Assembly (NCBI GenBank): GCA_963810095.1
Contig: CAWEMM010000014.1
Location: 210,240 to 274,239 of the forward strand
Direction of reading: 5' to 3'
Source: an uncultured Chloroflexia bacterium
GTDB taxonomy: Bacteria; Chloroflexota; Anaerolineae; CG2-30-64-16
Length of the DNA stretch: 64,000 bases
Shown: positions 1-8,790 of the stretch, piece after piece
Numbering within the stretch: the first letter of the stretch is position 1
How the letters are laid out: every line of letters starts with the position of its first letter
Program-made: the position numbers and the translations under genes
The notes under the pieces: model-generated
The model's input: the letters and a program-made list of their open reading frames with translations, nothing else
Told to the model about the DNA's origin: nothing
The model's database searches: none

Positions 1-1749
1 GGAATCGTCACCGAGCACTTGAAGCGCGAGTCGAGCCCGATGGTCTGCTCGGCGGGGGTCGAGGCGATCGCGGCGCTGCGCGGCGCAGAAGCCGGCCCCT
101 TCCTCGAGAGGATGCTCGGCGGCGACCCGCCGACCGAACGGGCCGTCCTGGTCGCATTACTGCGCTTACCGGGCGGGTCGGCTGCGGCCGAAGCGCGATT
201 GGCAGAACTTGCCGGCTCGGCGCTTCCCGACGACCGCGCGCGCGCTGCAGCCACCTGCGAAGCCACACGACGTGCGGCGGACCGGGCGCTCCTGGCGGGG
301 CTGCTGGCCGACGAAGTAGTTTCCGTGCGCCGGGCAGCGCTGGCCGCGGCCGCACAGCACCCCGGTGCCGACCTGTGGGAAGGGGTGATTGCGGCCTGTT
401 GCGAGCCGGAAACCGCGGCTGCCGCGCAGGCCGCGCTGGTGGCGGCCGGCGAGAGGGCCGTGCCGGCCATCGGCGCCGCCCTGACGGCCGGAGAAGAGAG
501 CGAGGGAGACGCCGAGCGCCGCCAGCGGATTGCCTTGACCGAGGCTTGCGCGCGTATCCGCGGTGCATCTGTCGTCCCGATGTTGGAGAGCCAGGCTGAC
601 GCGCTCGACGTCGACGTGCGCGGCGCCGCATTGCGGGGTCTTGCCGGGTGCGGCGTGCGCGCCGAGCGGGGCGGGCAACTGCGCCTCGACCGGGAGGTCA
701 GCCTTGCGGGTCTGCTCGCCGCGGCCTTAGCCGGCATAGCGGCCGGCTCCTCTGCCGGCGGCGGCGCCGCAAGTCTCTGCACGTCCGCCCTCGGCCGTGA
801 GCTTTCGAATGTGCGCGAGCGTCTGCTGCTGCTCCTCTCCCTTCAGTTCGACGCCGCGTCGCTGCTGTCGGCTCGCGACACGCTGGCCGACGCCGACGAT
901 GCCCGTCGAGCATACGCGCTGGAGGCGGTCGAGCTGCAGCTTCCCGCAGCCATGCGGGCGCGCATCATGCCCCTGGTGGAGCTGCCGCCGCCGGCCGAGC
1001 TGGCCGCACGGCTCCGTTCTGCCGGCATGGAAGTTCCGGACTGGACCGAGGCCTCGGCGCTTGCGGCGGTCGTCGGCAAACCTTTGGAGCTGGAAACGCC
1101 CGCCGCGCCGGGTTTCGCCGGCCTGCCGCCTTTGACACAGGCGGCAGCCATCCACCACGCCGCGGTATACTGCCCACAGGCGCTTACCCGGCTTATCCAG
1201 CTCGGAGCCCTTTCCCCCTACAGCCTCGTCAGAGAGACTGCGGCTTGGGCCGCGTGCCTCGACGCGCAACATCCCCATGGAGCAGCAGTCATGTTGTCCA
1301 CGATCGAGAAGGTTCTGGCCCTTAAGCGCGCCGGTATATTCGGGCAGACGCCCGATCCGGTGCTGGTCGACGTCGCCCGGCTCTGCGACGAGGTGGACCT
1401 GCCGGCGGGCGCGCCTGTATTCGCCAAAGGCGACCCTGGCGACAGCCTCTACGTCATCGTCCAGGGGCGGGTGCGCGTGCAAGATGGGGCGCGCACGCTG
1501 AACGATCTCGGGGAGGGCGACGTCTTCGGCGAGCTTGCCCTTCTCGATCCCGAGCCCCGGATGGCCTCGGTCAGTACGCTCGAAGACGCCCGCCTGCTGC
1601 GGCTCGAGGAGGCCCCGTTCCAGGAACTGATCCGGCAGCAGCCAGAGGTCGCCTTGGGCGTCATCCGCGTCATCACCCGCTACCTGCGCGAGCGCGCGCA
1701 GGACGTCGTGAAGCTCGACGCACAGTTGAGCGCATTGGCGAGCCGGTAG
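1..1749 (+). CDS. HEAT-repeat protein with C-terminal cyclic-nucleotide-binding (CAP_ED-like) domain; frame is open to nt 1, so probably 5-prime truncated by the window
   Basis: ORF 19..1749 (TTG at 19, no in-frame stop back to nt 1). Ala/Leu/Arg-rich HEAT-like repeats. The C-terminus VFAKGDPGDSLYVIVQGRVRV...GDVFGELALLD...RMASVSTLEDARLLRL fits the cNMP-binding signature. Confidence 0.7.
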   Translation, partial: GIVTEHLKRESSPMVCSAGVEAIAALRGAEAGPFLERMLGGDPPTERAVLVALLRLPGGSAAAEARLAELAGSALPDDRARAAATCEATRRAADRALLAGLLADEVVSVRRAALAAAAQHPGADLWEGVIAACCEPETAAAAQAALVAAGERAVPAIGAALTAGEESEGDAERRQRIALTEACARIRGASVVPMLESQADALDVDVRGAALRGLAGCGVRAERGGQLRLDREVSLAGLLAAALAGIAAGSSAGGGAASLCTSALGRELSNVRERLLLLLSLQFDAASLLSARDTLADADDARRAYALEAVELQLPAAMRARIMPLVELPPPAELAARLRSAGMEVPDWTEASALAAVVGKPLELETPAAPGFAGLPPLTQAAAIHHAAVYCPQALTRLIQLGALSPYSLVRETAAWAACLDAQHPHGAAVMLSTIEKVLALKRAGIFGQTPDPVLVDVARLCDEVDLPAGAPVFAKGDPGDSLYVIVQGRVRVQDGARTLNDLGEGDVFGELALLDPEPRMASVSTLEDARLLRLEEAPFQELIRQQPEVALGVIRVITRYLRERAQDVVKLDAQLSALASR

Positions 1750-1795
1750 TCATCGCAGACGCCCATTCCGCGCTGTGCAGCCCCGGGAGGCCGCC

Positions 1796-3479
1796 ATGAA
1801 CACGGAAGCCTTGGATCGCTACCTGCCGGCCAACATGCGCGCCGAGCTGGAGACGCGCTTCTATGCGCGGGTGAATGATGCCGCACGCATAGAGAACACG
1901 CTGCACGACCCGGACCTGTGGAGCGAGAAGACGCACCTGACCTGGTTCTCCGATCACGGCGTGATTCACGTGCGAGACGTGGCCACCCAGATCCTCAACG
2001 TGCTGGACGTGACCCACGGCGTGCTGATCCCAGCCCGACCGCCTCAGCGCTTCGATCCGTTCATGAAAACCTACGGTGTGCTGTTGTCCTATCTGCATGA
2101 CATCGGCATGTCCGACTTCTCGCCTTACGGCCGCAAGATGCATCCCCAATATGCCGCGCAGGCCGTCTTCTCGGGCGAGCTGGACACGTGGGTCCGGCAG
2201 GCATGGGACGAAAACCTGGGCAATATTGCGTGGCGGCTGGTGAACCTCGAACGCCGCGGCCTGCTGCCGCAAGCGCCTGAGGACATTTTCCGGGAGATGT
2301 TGGCGCTCAGCATGGGACACAGCAAGAGCAAGGTTCCCATGGATGTCCTGAACGAACCGAGTCGCCTGCGCGCGGTGCTTCTGCGCACCTTGACGACGGA
2401 CCTGCAAGTGCTCCATCTTGATGGGCCAAGCGCAGAGGCCGGCAGATCAGGGCCGTATCAAGCAGACAGCGAGCGTGCCTTCGCGTGGCTGGTTTGCGAC
2501 GAGCCGGATTGCCGCGAACTGGTCGACGACGTGGTCGACACCGTTCGGGCGCTCCGTTGTGCAGACGCGCTTGCGCCAACGCGGGACCCTCCAAAAGACA
2601 TCCGCCGGCTACGAGGTGTTTGTCAGCCTGGAGAGCGGCAACGCGACGTTCTCTGTGCGGCAGGGCGAGGACAAGCTGTATTTGCTCGAGCACTCGGAAC
2701 CGCTCAGTGCCGGCGAGGCAAACATCGCCAGCAGTGAGATCACCCGTGAAGGACATCTCCGCATAGCCTTTCACCGCGGCGCGTTTGCGAGCGAATCAGC
2801 GGTCCGGCGTGCGGTTCAGGCAGCGGCCGTCACCGTCGACGACATCCAGGCGGACGTAATCACCAGCTTCGCCCGTACACGCGCAGATCGCATGTCGGAC
2901 CCTTCAGCGGGCATGACAATACTGCTTGAGGCCGTCGAAGACAACCCATACTTTGTGGACCAGGTGATTGTTTCGCTGATCAGCCTCAATCCCAGCCTCG
3001 CCGGTCGCGTCGCGCGCGTTCCGTCGCTGGGCGGGGCCGCGGTGAGCGAGAGCAAGCGCTATCTGGCAGGGGTGATACTTGACTGGGATCGCGAACGCAA
3101 GTGCGCGCTGCTCGAGAGGTTGGCCCTGTCAGGCCAGCGCATCGACGGCATGGATCTGGAAGCGGCCTTCGAGCACGTCAAGCTTGCGACCGTGGAGGCC
3201 GACGAGCGTTTGATCGAAGCCCGCATGCCCGCCGGATTCGTGTACATTCCGCTTGGCGAGGGGCTGATCGTCGCGCCGTTGGGCGGCTACCAGTCGTTTA
3301 CCGTCAAGCCTTTCATGCCGTTGGGCTCCACGGGCGTCATCCGGGGCGCCGTGCGCAATGCCGACGTCGTCGCCGCGCAACCTGTAGAGGTCTTGATCAT
3401 TCCGAAGGAGATCTACTTGCACCACTGGCACCGTCCGTATACACTCCGCGAGCTGCACAGATTGCTCACCGAACCATAG
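1796..3479 (+). pseudogene. HD-domain phosphohydrolase with C-terminal cNMP-binding-like domain; frame-disrupted by one shift near 2572-2580 (assembly indel or pseudogene)
   Basis: ORFs 1775..2737 and 2418..3479 join as ...VRALRCADAL / RQRGTLQKTSAGYEVF. HD motifs HGVIHVRD and YLHDIGM are present. The C-terminal GSTGVIRGAVRNADVVAAQPVEVLIIPKEIY looks like a cNMP-binding roll. GGGAGG lies 6 nt before ATG 1796. Confidence 0.65.
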
Positions 3480-3520
3480 CGCGGCTCGTGGCGCCGCGAC
3501 GCTGGCAGACAGGATTGTGC

Positions 3521-4195
3521 GTGAACAAGCTCAATGTGGAAGGTGCGATCGCTTACGCCCTCAACCGGCTGGAGGCAGAACTCGCTCCCGACATGACCTA
3601 TCACAGCCCGGGGCACACCCGGGACGACGTGATCCCTGCGGCGACTCGGCTGGCGCAGTTGGCCGGCCTGTCAGAGGTGGAGACGGGGCTGCTGCAGGTT
3701 GGCGCGGCCTACCACGACCTGGGATTCACGGAGCACCCGCAGGAGCACGAGTTGTGCAGCGTGCGCATTGCCGCCCAGGTGCTCCCCGCGTTTGGCTTCA
3801 GCGCCCGCGCCATCGAGCGCGTACTCGGCATGATCATGGCGACCCGCTTGCCCCAGTCGCCCCGCCACCTGATCGAGCGGCTGCTCACGGACGCGGACCT
3901 GGACGGGCTGGGACGAGAGGACTTTTTCACGCGCAGTGCGGAGCTGCTGGCCGAGCGCCGCGCCTACGGCCGGGTGGTGACCGAAGAGCAGTGGTGGCGC
4001 GAACAGGTCGCGTTCCTCACCGAGCACCGGTATTGGACCAGCTACGCCCAGCAGCTGCGCGGCGAGGGCAAGGCGCACAATTTAAGGCTCTTGCAGGAGC
4101 GGCTAGAAGGGACAAATGATGAGGCGGCGAAGATGCCAGATCCAGGGGGGAATTGCGCCAGAAACCGGGTTAGCTGCGCGCCAATCAGTTCGTAA
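3521..4195 (+). CDS. HD-domain metal-dependent phosphohydrolase
   Basis: Frame of ORF 3101..4195, trimmed to in-frame GTG 3521 downstream of the preceding stop (3479). Motifs HSPGHTRD and AAYHDLGF. Confidence 0.7.
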   Translation: MNKLNVEGAIAYALNRLEAELAPDMTYHSPGHTRDDVIPAATRLAQLAGLSEVETGLLQVGAAYHDLGFTEHPQEHELCSVRIAAQVLPAFGFSARAIERVLGMIMATRLPQSPRHLIERLLTDADLDGLGREDFFTRSAELLAERRAYGRVVTEEQWWREQVAFLTEHRYWTSYAQQLRGEGKAHNLRLLQERLEGTNDEAAKMPDPGGNCARNRVSCAPISS

Positions 4196-4808
4196 ACCGA
4201 AACGATCGCAGGACCAGGTCGTAGAGCGCTTCGGTCTGCTGGAACAACGCCGCGTCGCTTGGGTCGGCCGGCACGAAGGTGAGTCGGTACGCCCGCGGAC
4301 CGTGCACAGCGATCAGCACCCGGCCGAGGTCCTGCCCCGGTACCCGGTCGAGCCGTTCGGCCTGCTCCCCGCCCAGCGTTACGACGGGCATTCGCTGGAT
4401 CTGGCCCTTCAGCCCTGCCGCCTCCGCCTCGGCAATGACGGCATCGGCAATCTGTGCGGCGGTCTGCCCGTTCGCGTCCTCGACCTTGACGAAGAGCTTC
4501 GGGCGGCTGACGTCCATCATCGAGTCGAAGAAGTAATCGGTCTGCATCCCGTCCGTCTCCAAGGATTTGTACACCCGTGGGACGAGTAGGCAATAGCCGG
4601 CAGTAGGGTTGGCCTGCATCTGAGTGTCCGCGGTAGGCTCAGGGCAGCCATTCGCCGGGACATCGGTCGATTGCGGCATGGTCGTCGTGGCGCCAGCAGG
4701 CGCCTGGGGGGTGCCGGTGCTGGGTGGGAGCGCCACGCAACCCGCAAGGAAGACCAGCAGAGCAGTAACCGCGAGCGCAAAGCCGAAACGGTTCCAAGAC
4801 ATCTCCAT
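4185..4808 (-). CDS. hypothetical lipoprotein
   Basis: ORF 4185..4979 trimmed to ATG 4808 with GGAGG upstream. N-terminus MEMSWNRFGFALAVTALLVFLAGC is a signal peptide plus lipobox. Confidence 0.7.
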   Translation of the reverse strand: MEMSWNRFGFALAVTALLVFLAGCVALPPSTGTPQAPAGATTTMPQSTDVPANGCPEPTADTQMQANPTAGYCLLVPRVYKSLETDGMQTDYFFDSMMDVSRPKLFVKVEDANGQTAAQIADAVIAEAEAAGLKGQIQRMPVVTLGGEQAERLDRVPGQDLGRVLIAVHGPRAYRLTFVPADPSDAALFQQTEALYDLVLRSFRFTN

Positions 4809-4885
4809 AACCTCCACAACATCGCATGGTGGGCGTCTCGCCGGTTTCATGACGGATGTAGGATCGTTATGGTTCCTACAACAAA

Positions 4886-4918
4886 AGAAACCAGGTCTCT
4901 CACAGAAACCTGGTTTCT
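4886..4918. repeat. 33-nt palindromic intergenic element, copy 1 (AGAAACCAGGTCTCT cac AGAAACCTGGTTTCT)
   Basis: Inverted 15-mers with a 3-nt spacer and one arm mismatch. Lies between the stop of gene 4951..6267 and the start of gene 4185..4808. Confidence 0.85.
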
Positions 4919-4950
4919 TCGTGGACTTTGTGCGCCCTGCAGCGAAAGGT

Positions 4951-6267
4951 CTACCCCAGCTTCTGCCGGAGGATGTCACCCAGGTCCGGCTGGCCGATGA
5001 CCTGCAGCTCGTAGCGCACCCGCTGGACGGGATGATAGATTTTCGCGACCCGGGTCAGATCGATCGGCGTGGCCGAGATGACGAGGTCGCACGGCACCCG
5101 GCGGATGGTCTCTTCGAGGTCCTTCACCTGCTCGCCGCCGTACCCCATGGCGGGCAGCAGCGTGCCGATGCCGGGATACTTCTCGAACGTCTCGGTGATG
5201 GTGCCGACGGTGTAGGGCCGGGGATCGATGATCTCGGCCGCACCGAAGCGCTGGGCAGCCACGATGCCGGCGCCATACTTCATCTCGCCATGTGTCAGGG
5301 TCGGCCCGTCCTCGATGACCAGGACGCGCTTGCCGCGGATTGCGGCGGGATCGTCGACGAAGATGGGGGAAGCCGCCTCGACGATGGTCGCCCCCGGGTT
5401 CACCGCGGCCGCATTATCGCGCACCTGGCTGATGGGCCGCAGGTCGGCGGTGTCCACCTTGTTGATGACGATTACGTCGGCCATGCGGAAATTCGCAGAG
5501 CCGGGCCAGTAGTTCATCTCGTGCCCCGCCCGGTGCGGGTCGGCCACGACGATGTGGAGGTCGGGCCTGTAGAAGGGCAGGTCGTTATTGCCGCCGTCCC
5601 ACAAGATGACGTCCGCTTCCTGCTCGGCTTGGCGCAGAATGGCCTCGTAATCGACGCCCGCGTAGACGATAACGCCCCGGTCGATGTGCGGCTCGTACTC
5701 CTCGCGCTCTTCGATCGTCGTCTCGTGCAGATCCAGGTCCTCATAGGAAGCAAAACGCTGCACCTTCTGCTTCACCAGGTCGCCGTAGGGCATGGGATGG
5801 CGGATCGCCACAACCTTCTTGCCCATGGCCTGCAACACGCTGGCGACGTAACGCGTGGTCTGCGACTTGCCGCTGCCCGTGCGCACCGCACAGACCGCGA
5901 CGACCGGCTTGGTCGAGGCAACCATCGTGTCTTTGGGCCCCATCAAGCGGAAGTCGGCCCCCGCCGCGACCGCCGTCGCAGCCTTGCTCATGACATAATG
6001 GTTGTTGACGTCGGAATAGGCAAAGATGACCTGGTCGACGCCCAGCATGCGGACCAGCGCCGGCATCTCGCTCTCCGGATAAATCGGGATGCCGGACGGG
6101 TAGAGCTTACCGGCGAGTTCCGGGGGGTAGCGCCGGCCGTCGATGTTCGGGATTTGCGTCGCCGTGAAGGCTACGACTTCGTAGTCTTCGTTGTCGCGGA
6201 ACACCAGGTTGAAGTTGTGGAAATCGCGCCCTGCGGCGCCCATGATCAGAACACGCTGCTTCGACAT
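4951..6267 (-). CDS. cyclic 2,3-diphosphoglycerate synthetase-like protein (COG2403-type predicted P-loop enzyme)
   Basis: ORF 4951..6279 trimmed to ATG 6267 (AAGGAG about 12 nt upstream). N-terminus MSKQRVLIMGAAGRDFHNF; P-loop VRTGSGKSQTT. Family recalled from memory, not searched. Confidence 0.6.
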   Translation of the reverse strand: MSKQRVLIMGAAGRDFHNFNLVFRDNEDYEVVAFTATQIPNIDGRRYPPELAGKLYPSGIPIYPESEMPALVRMLGVDQVIFAYSDVNNHYVMSKAATAVAAGADFRLMGPKDTMVASTKPVVAVCAVRTGSGKSQTTRYVASVLQAMGKKVVAIRHPMPYGDLVKQKVQRFASYEDLDLHETTIEEREEYEPHIDRGVIVYAGVDYEAILRQAEQEADVILWDGGNNDLPFYRPDLHIVVADPHRAGHEMNYWPGSANFRMADVIVINKVDTADLRPISQVRDNAAAVNPGATIVEAASPIFVDDPAAIRGKRVLVIEDGPTLTHGEMKYGAGIVAAQRFGAAEIIDPRPYTVGTITETFEKYPGIGTLLPAMGYGGEQVKDLEETIRRVPCDLVISATPIDLTRVAKIYHPVQRVRYELQVIGQPDLGDILRQKLG

Positions 6268-6295
6268 TGAAAGGAGCACTCCTTATGAAGATACG

Positions 6296-7240
6296 TCACG
6301 TCGTAGGTTGCGACGTGACACGCGGGCGGTAAACGACCCGCGCCATGATCACGCCCAGGAAATAGAGCCCCAGCAGCGGCGCCATCACCAGGGCCATGTT
6401 GACCGGATCGACAGTCGGCGTGATGGCTGCTGCGACGAAGGCCACCCCGACGATGGCATAGCGCCACTGCTTTGCCATGACGTGGGGCGAGACAATGCCT
6501 AGCGCCGCCAGCGCGGCCATGATCACGGGCGTCTCGAAAGCAGCGCCAATCCACATCATCACGGCCAGGACGAACGAAAAGTATTCGCGTACGTTCCAGG
6601 TTGCCTTGGCGATATCGCTCCCAAAGCCCGACAGGTATTGCAGCCCGAAAGGCAGCATGATGAAATACGCGAACGCGATGCCAGCCAGAAAGAAAATCGC
6701 CACCATCGGCAGGCCGATGATTGCGACCGCACGATACAGGCTCAACTCGGCGGGCGACTCGAGCGCGGGCCGGATGAAGAACAGCGCTTCGACCAGCAGG
6801 ACCGGGAGCGCAACGATGGCGGCCGCGCTCAGAATCACCTCGAAATAGGTCCAGACCATGTCTGTAGGCCGCAGGACGACGAGCGGGACCCCCTTGGCGG
6901 GCAGGGTGAGCAGGTCCAGTATCTTGTTGGCGAAAATACCGGCCGCGACTGCGCCCACGATCAACGCGCCCAGCACCACGAAAATCCGCTTGCGCAGCTC
7001 GACCAGGTGCTCGACCGTTCCGTAGAGAATCTGCACGACGTCGTAGAGGGGATTCTGGCTGCGCACCCAGATGCGGCGCGCCTGGTCCAGCGTCAAGGGA
7101 TCGAGGTCGGACTGCGAGCGGCGAAAGTTGGTCAGCATCAGCCACAACTGCTCGATGCCGGCCGGCAGCTTGGACGGCCCGAGCAGGGCGAGTGCGACGA
7201 CGGCCAGGAGAACGAGGCCGAATACCCCGGTGAAGGACAT
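6296..7240 (-). CDS. tatC: twin-arginine translocase subunit TatC with an N-terminal TatA/TatB-like extension
   Basis: 314-aa ORF. The TatC core begins at HLVELRKRIFVVLGALIVG and has six hydrophobic segments. The first roughly 40 aa, FGLVLLAVVALALLGPSKLPAGIEQLWLMLTNFRR, resemble the TatA/B helix-hinge-amphipathic motif. Confidence 0.85.
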   Translation of the reverse strand: MSFTGVFGLVLLAVVALALLGPSKLPAGIEQLWLMLTNFRRSQSDLDPLTLDQARRIWVRSQNPLYDVVQILYGTVEHLVELRKRIFVVLGALIVGAVAAGIFANKILDLLTLPAKGVPLVVLRPTDMVWTYFEVILSAAAIVALPVLLVEALFFIRPALESPAELSLYRAVAIIGLPMVAIFFLAGIAFAYFIMLPFGLQYLSGFGSDIAKATWNVREYFSFVLAVMMWIGAAFETPVIMAALAALGIVSPHVMAKQWRYAIVGVAFVAAAITPTVDPVNMALVMAPLLGLYFLGVIMARVVYRPRVTSQPTT

Positions 7241-7243
7241 GGA

Positions 7244-7855
7244 CTAATGCTCCAGTGGGGTGGACGCCGGCGAGTCCGGCTCAGGGAGGGGCCGGTCCTC
7301 GTCGTCCTCGACAGACGGCTGAGGCCGAGTGGCATCCAGCGCGGTCGACTCGCCGGCCGCGGGCAGGGAGGCCATGGGCTCATCCGGCGCGGGAAGCGCA
7401 GCGGGCGCATCTTGCGGGGCAGCTAGTTCGCTCGGCGGCTCGACGGGCTCTGGTGAAACGGCGGCCGGTTCGATGGGGTGCGGCGGTGCGATCGTGTTCT
7501 CGGCGGCCGGCTCGGTCGCGGCGGCCTCCTCGGGCTTGACGGCCGTGTTAAGCTCGCGCATGACCGAATCGCGCATGGCCTGCCCGGGATTCCGCGCCGC
7601 GGCGGCCACCGCGCCCGCCGCCTTCGCTGCGTCGGACACTTCCTTGAAGGGCTCGGCCAGTTCTTTCGCCGGGCCCTCAATCGCCTCTCGGGTGGCGTTG
7701 ATCTCATCAGAGATCGCGCGGGTGGCCTTGCGCATCTCGCGCATGCCGCGGCCCAGCTTCGCGCCGATCTGGGGCAGCTTGTCCGGGCCGAACACCATCA
7801 GCGCGACGATCAGGATCAGGACCAACTCCATCGGGCCAATGCCGAGAATTTCCAC
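7244..7855 (-). CDS. tatA: twin-arginine translocase TatA/TatB-family protein with a long Pro/Glu/Ala-rich tail
   Basis: ORF 7244..8413 trimmed to GTG 7855 (GGGGAAGGA upstream). VEILGIGPMELVLILIVALMVFGPDKLPQIGAKLGRGMREMRK is the TatA signature. Confidence 0.85.
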   Translation of the reverse strand: MEILGIGPMELVLILIVALMVFGPDKLPQIGAKLGRGMREMRKATRAISDEINATREAIEGPAKELAEPFKEVSDAAKAAGAVAAAARNPGQAMRDSVMRELNTAVKPEEAAATEPAAENTIAPPHPIEPAAVSPEPVEPPSELAAPQDAPAALPAPDEPMASLPAAGESTALDATRPQPSVEDDEDRPLPEPDSPASTPLEH

Positions 7856-7857
7856 GC

Positions 7858-8316
7858 TCAGTCCTTCCCCGCTGCGGGACCATCGGACACTTCCCGCAGT
7901 ACAATACGTTCCCCGCCGGCTACTGCGGTGCCCAGCACACCGTTGACAAACCGCGAGCTGTTGTCGCTGCCGAACATCTTGGCCAGGTCGACGGCCTCGT
8001 TGATCGCGACCTTCGGGGGTGTGCCTGATGCGCCGCTCAGCTCGTACAGCGCAATGCGCAGGATGTTCCGGTCTACGACCGCAATCTGCGAGACCGGCCA
8101 GGCGGGGGCATACTTGTGGATCAGGAAATCGAGTTGGTCGCGATGCCGCAGGACGCCCGTCACCAGGGTGCGGAGGAACTCCTCGCCCTCCGGGGGCAGC
8201 GGCGCATCTTCCAGGCGATGCTCCAGGACCTCCCCGGCGTGGTGGGCAGTTGTATCGACTTCGTAAAGAGCCTGTAGGGCGCTGATACGTGCCTGGCGGC
8301 GAGCTTGAACGCTCAT
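7858..8316 (-). CDS. nusB: transcription antitermination factor NusB
   Basis: ORF 7858..8487 trimmed to ATG 8316 (GGGAGA upstream). RRQARISALQALYEVD...AVVDRNILRIALYEL...INEAVDLAKMFG is typical NusB. Confidence 0.9.
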   Translation of the reverse strand: MSVQARRQARISALQALYEVDTTAHHAGEVLEHRLEDAPLPPEGEEFLRTLVTGVLRHRDQLDFLIHKYAPAWPVSQIAVVDRNILRIALYELSGASGTPPKVAINEAVDLAKMFGSDNSSRFVNGVLGTAVAGGERIVLREVSDGPAAGKD

Positions 8317-8384
8317 GATTCTCCCGATCAGTTGCTGTCCGATGCCAGCGACGACACCCGCTGGAGGGCCCGCCTGCCGCGTGC

Positions 8385-8735
8385 CTACTCGGCGCTGCCG
8401 CTCGGTCGCGCAACGTCGTCGATGTGCACGTCGACCGCCAGTACGTTCATGCCGACCATCTCTTCGAGCGCCCGGGTGATGGAACACTGCAGATCGGTGC
8501 CTAGCCTGAGCACGTTGATGCCCGGCTCGGCCACGACATGCACCTCAACCTGCACGCCTTCCTCGACGACGCCTACAAGAATCCCCTCTTCCAGCGCCGC
8601 GCCGGCTCGCAGGCCGCGCACCTTGGCCGGAAGCACCGCAAGGCGGTTCACGCCGCGCTGCTCTACTGTCGTCTGCCGGACGATGGTCGTCAACACCGGC
8701 GGCGCAACCGTTACCCTGCCCTGAACCTCTTCCAT
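8385..8735 (-). CDS. Asp23/Gls24-family envelope stress protein
   Basis: ORF 8385..8753 trimmed to ATG 8735. Asp23-like pattern VTVAPPVLTTIV...VEVHVVAEPGINV...LAVDVHIDDV. The Asp23-nusB pairing matches Bacillus yqhY-nusB. Confidence 0.75.
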   Translation of the reverse strand: MEEVQGRVTVAPPVLTTIVRQTTVEQRGVNRLAVLPAKVRGLRAGAALEEGILVGVVEEGVQVEVHVVAEPGINVLRLGTDLQCSITRALEEMVGMNVLAVDVHIDDVARPSGSAE

Positions 8736-8749
8736 TCGTCTTCCCCTTA

Positions 8750-8782
8750 ACAAACCAGGTTTCTACGAGAAACCGGGTTTGT
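8750..8782. repeat. 33-nt palindromic intergenic element, copy 2 (ACAAACCAGGTTTCT acg AGAAACCGGGTTTGT)
   Basis: Inverted 15-mers with one central mismatch. Lies between the fabG stop (8791) and the Asp23-like start (8735). On the minus sense it is followed by TGGTTTGTTAAGGGG and the start codon. Confidence 0.85.
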
Positions 8783-8790
8783 ATCCCTGC

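Noticed and set aside
4624-6270. 548-aa ORF on the plus strand covering the whole cpgS-like gene
   Set aside because: It is the mirror of a gene with clear family motifs on the minus strand. Its translation is Arg/Gly/Asp/His-rich with no motifs. Long antisense ORFs are expected at this G+C.
7244-8413. 389-aa and 300-aa N-terminally extended ORFs for tatA (7244..8413) and rpe (19311..20213)
   Set aside because: The extensions overlap nusB out of frame, or consist of Arg/Cys-rich sequence. Internal GTG starts with good Shine-Dalgarno sites reproduce canonical N-termini.
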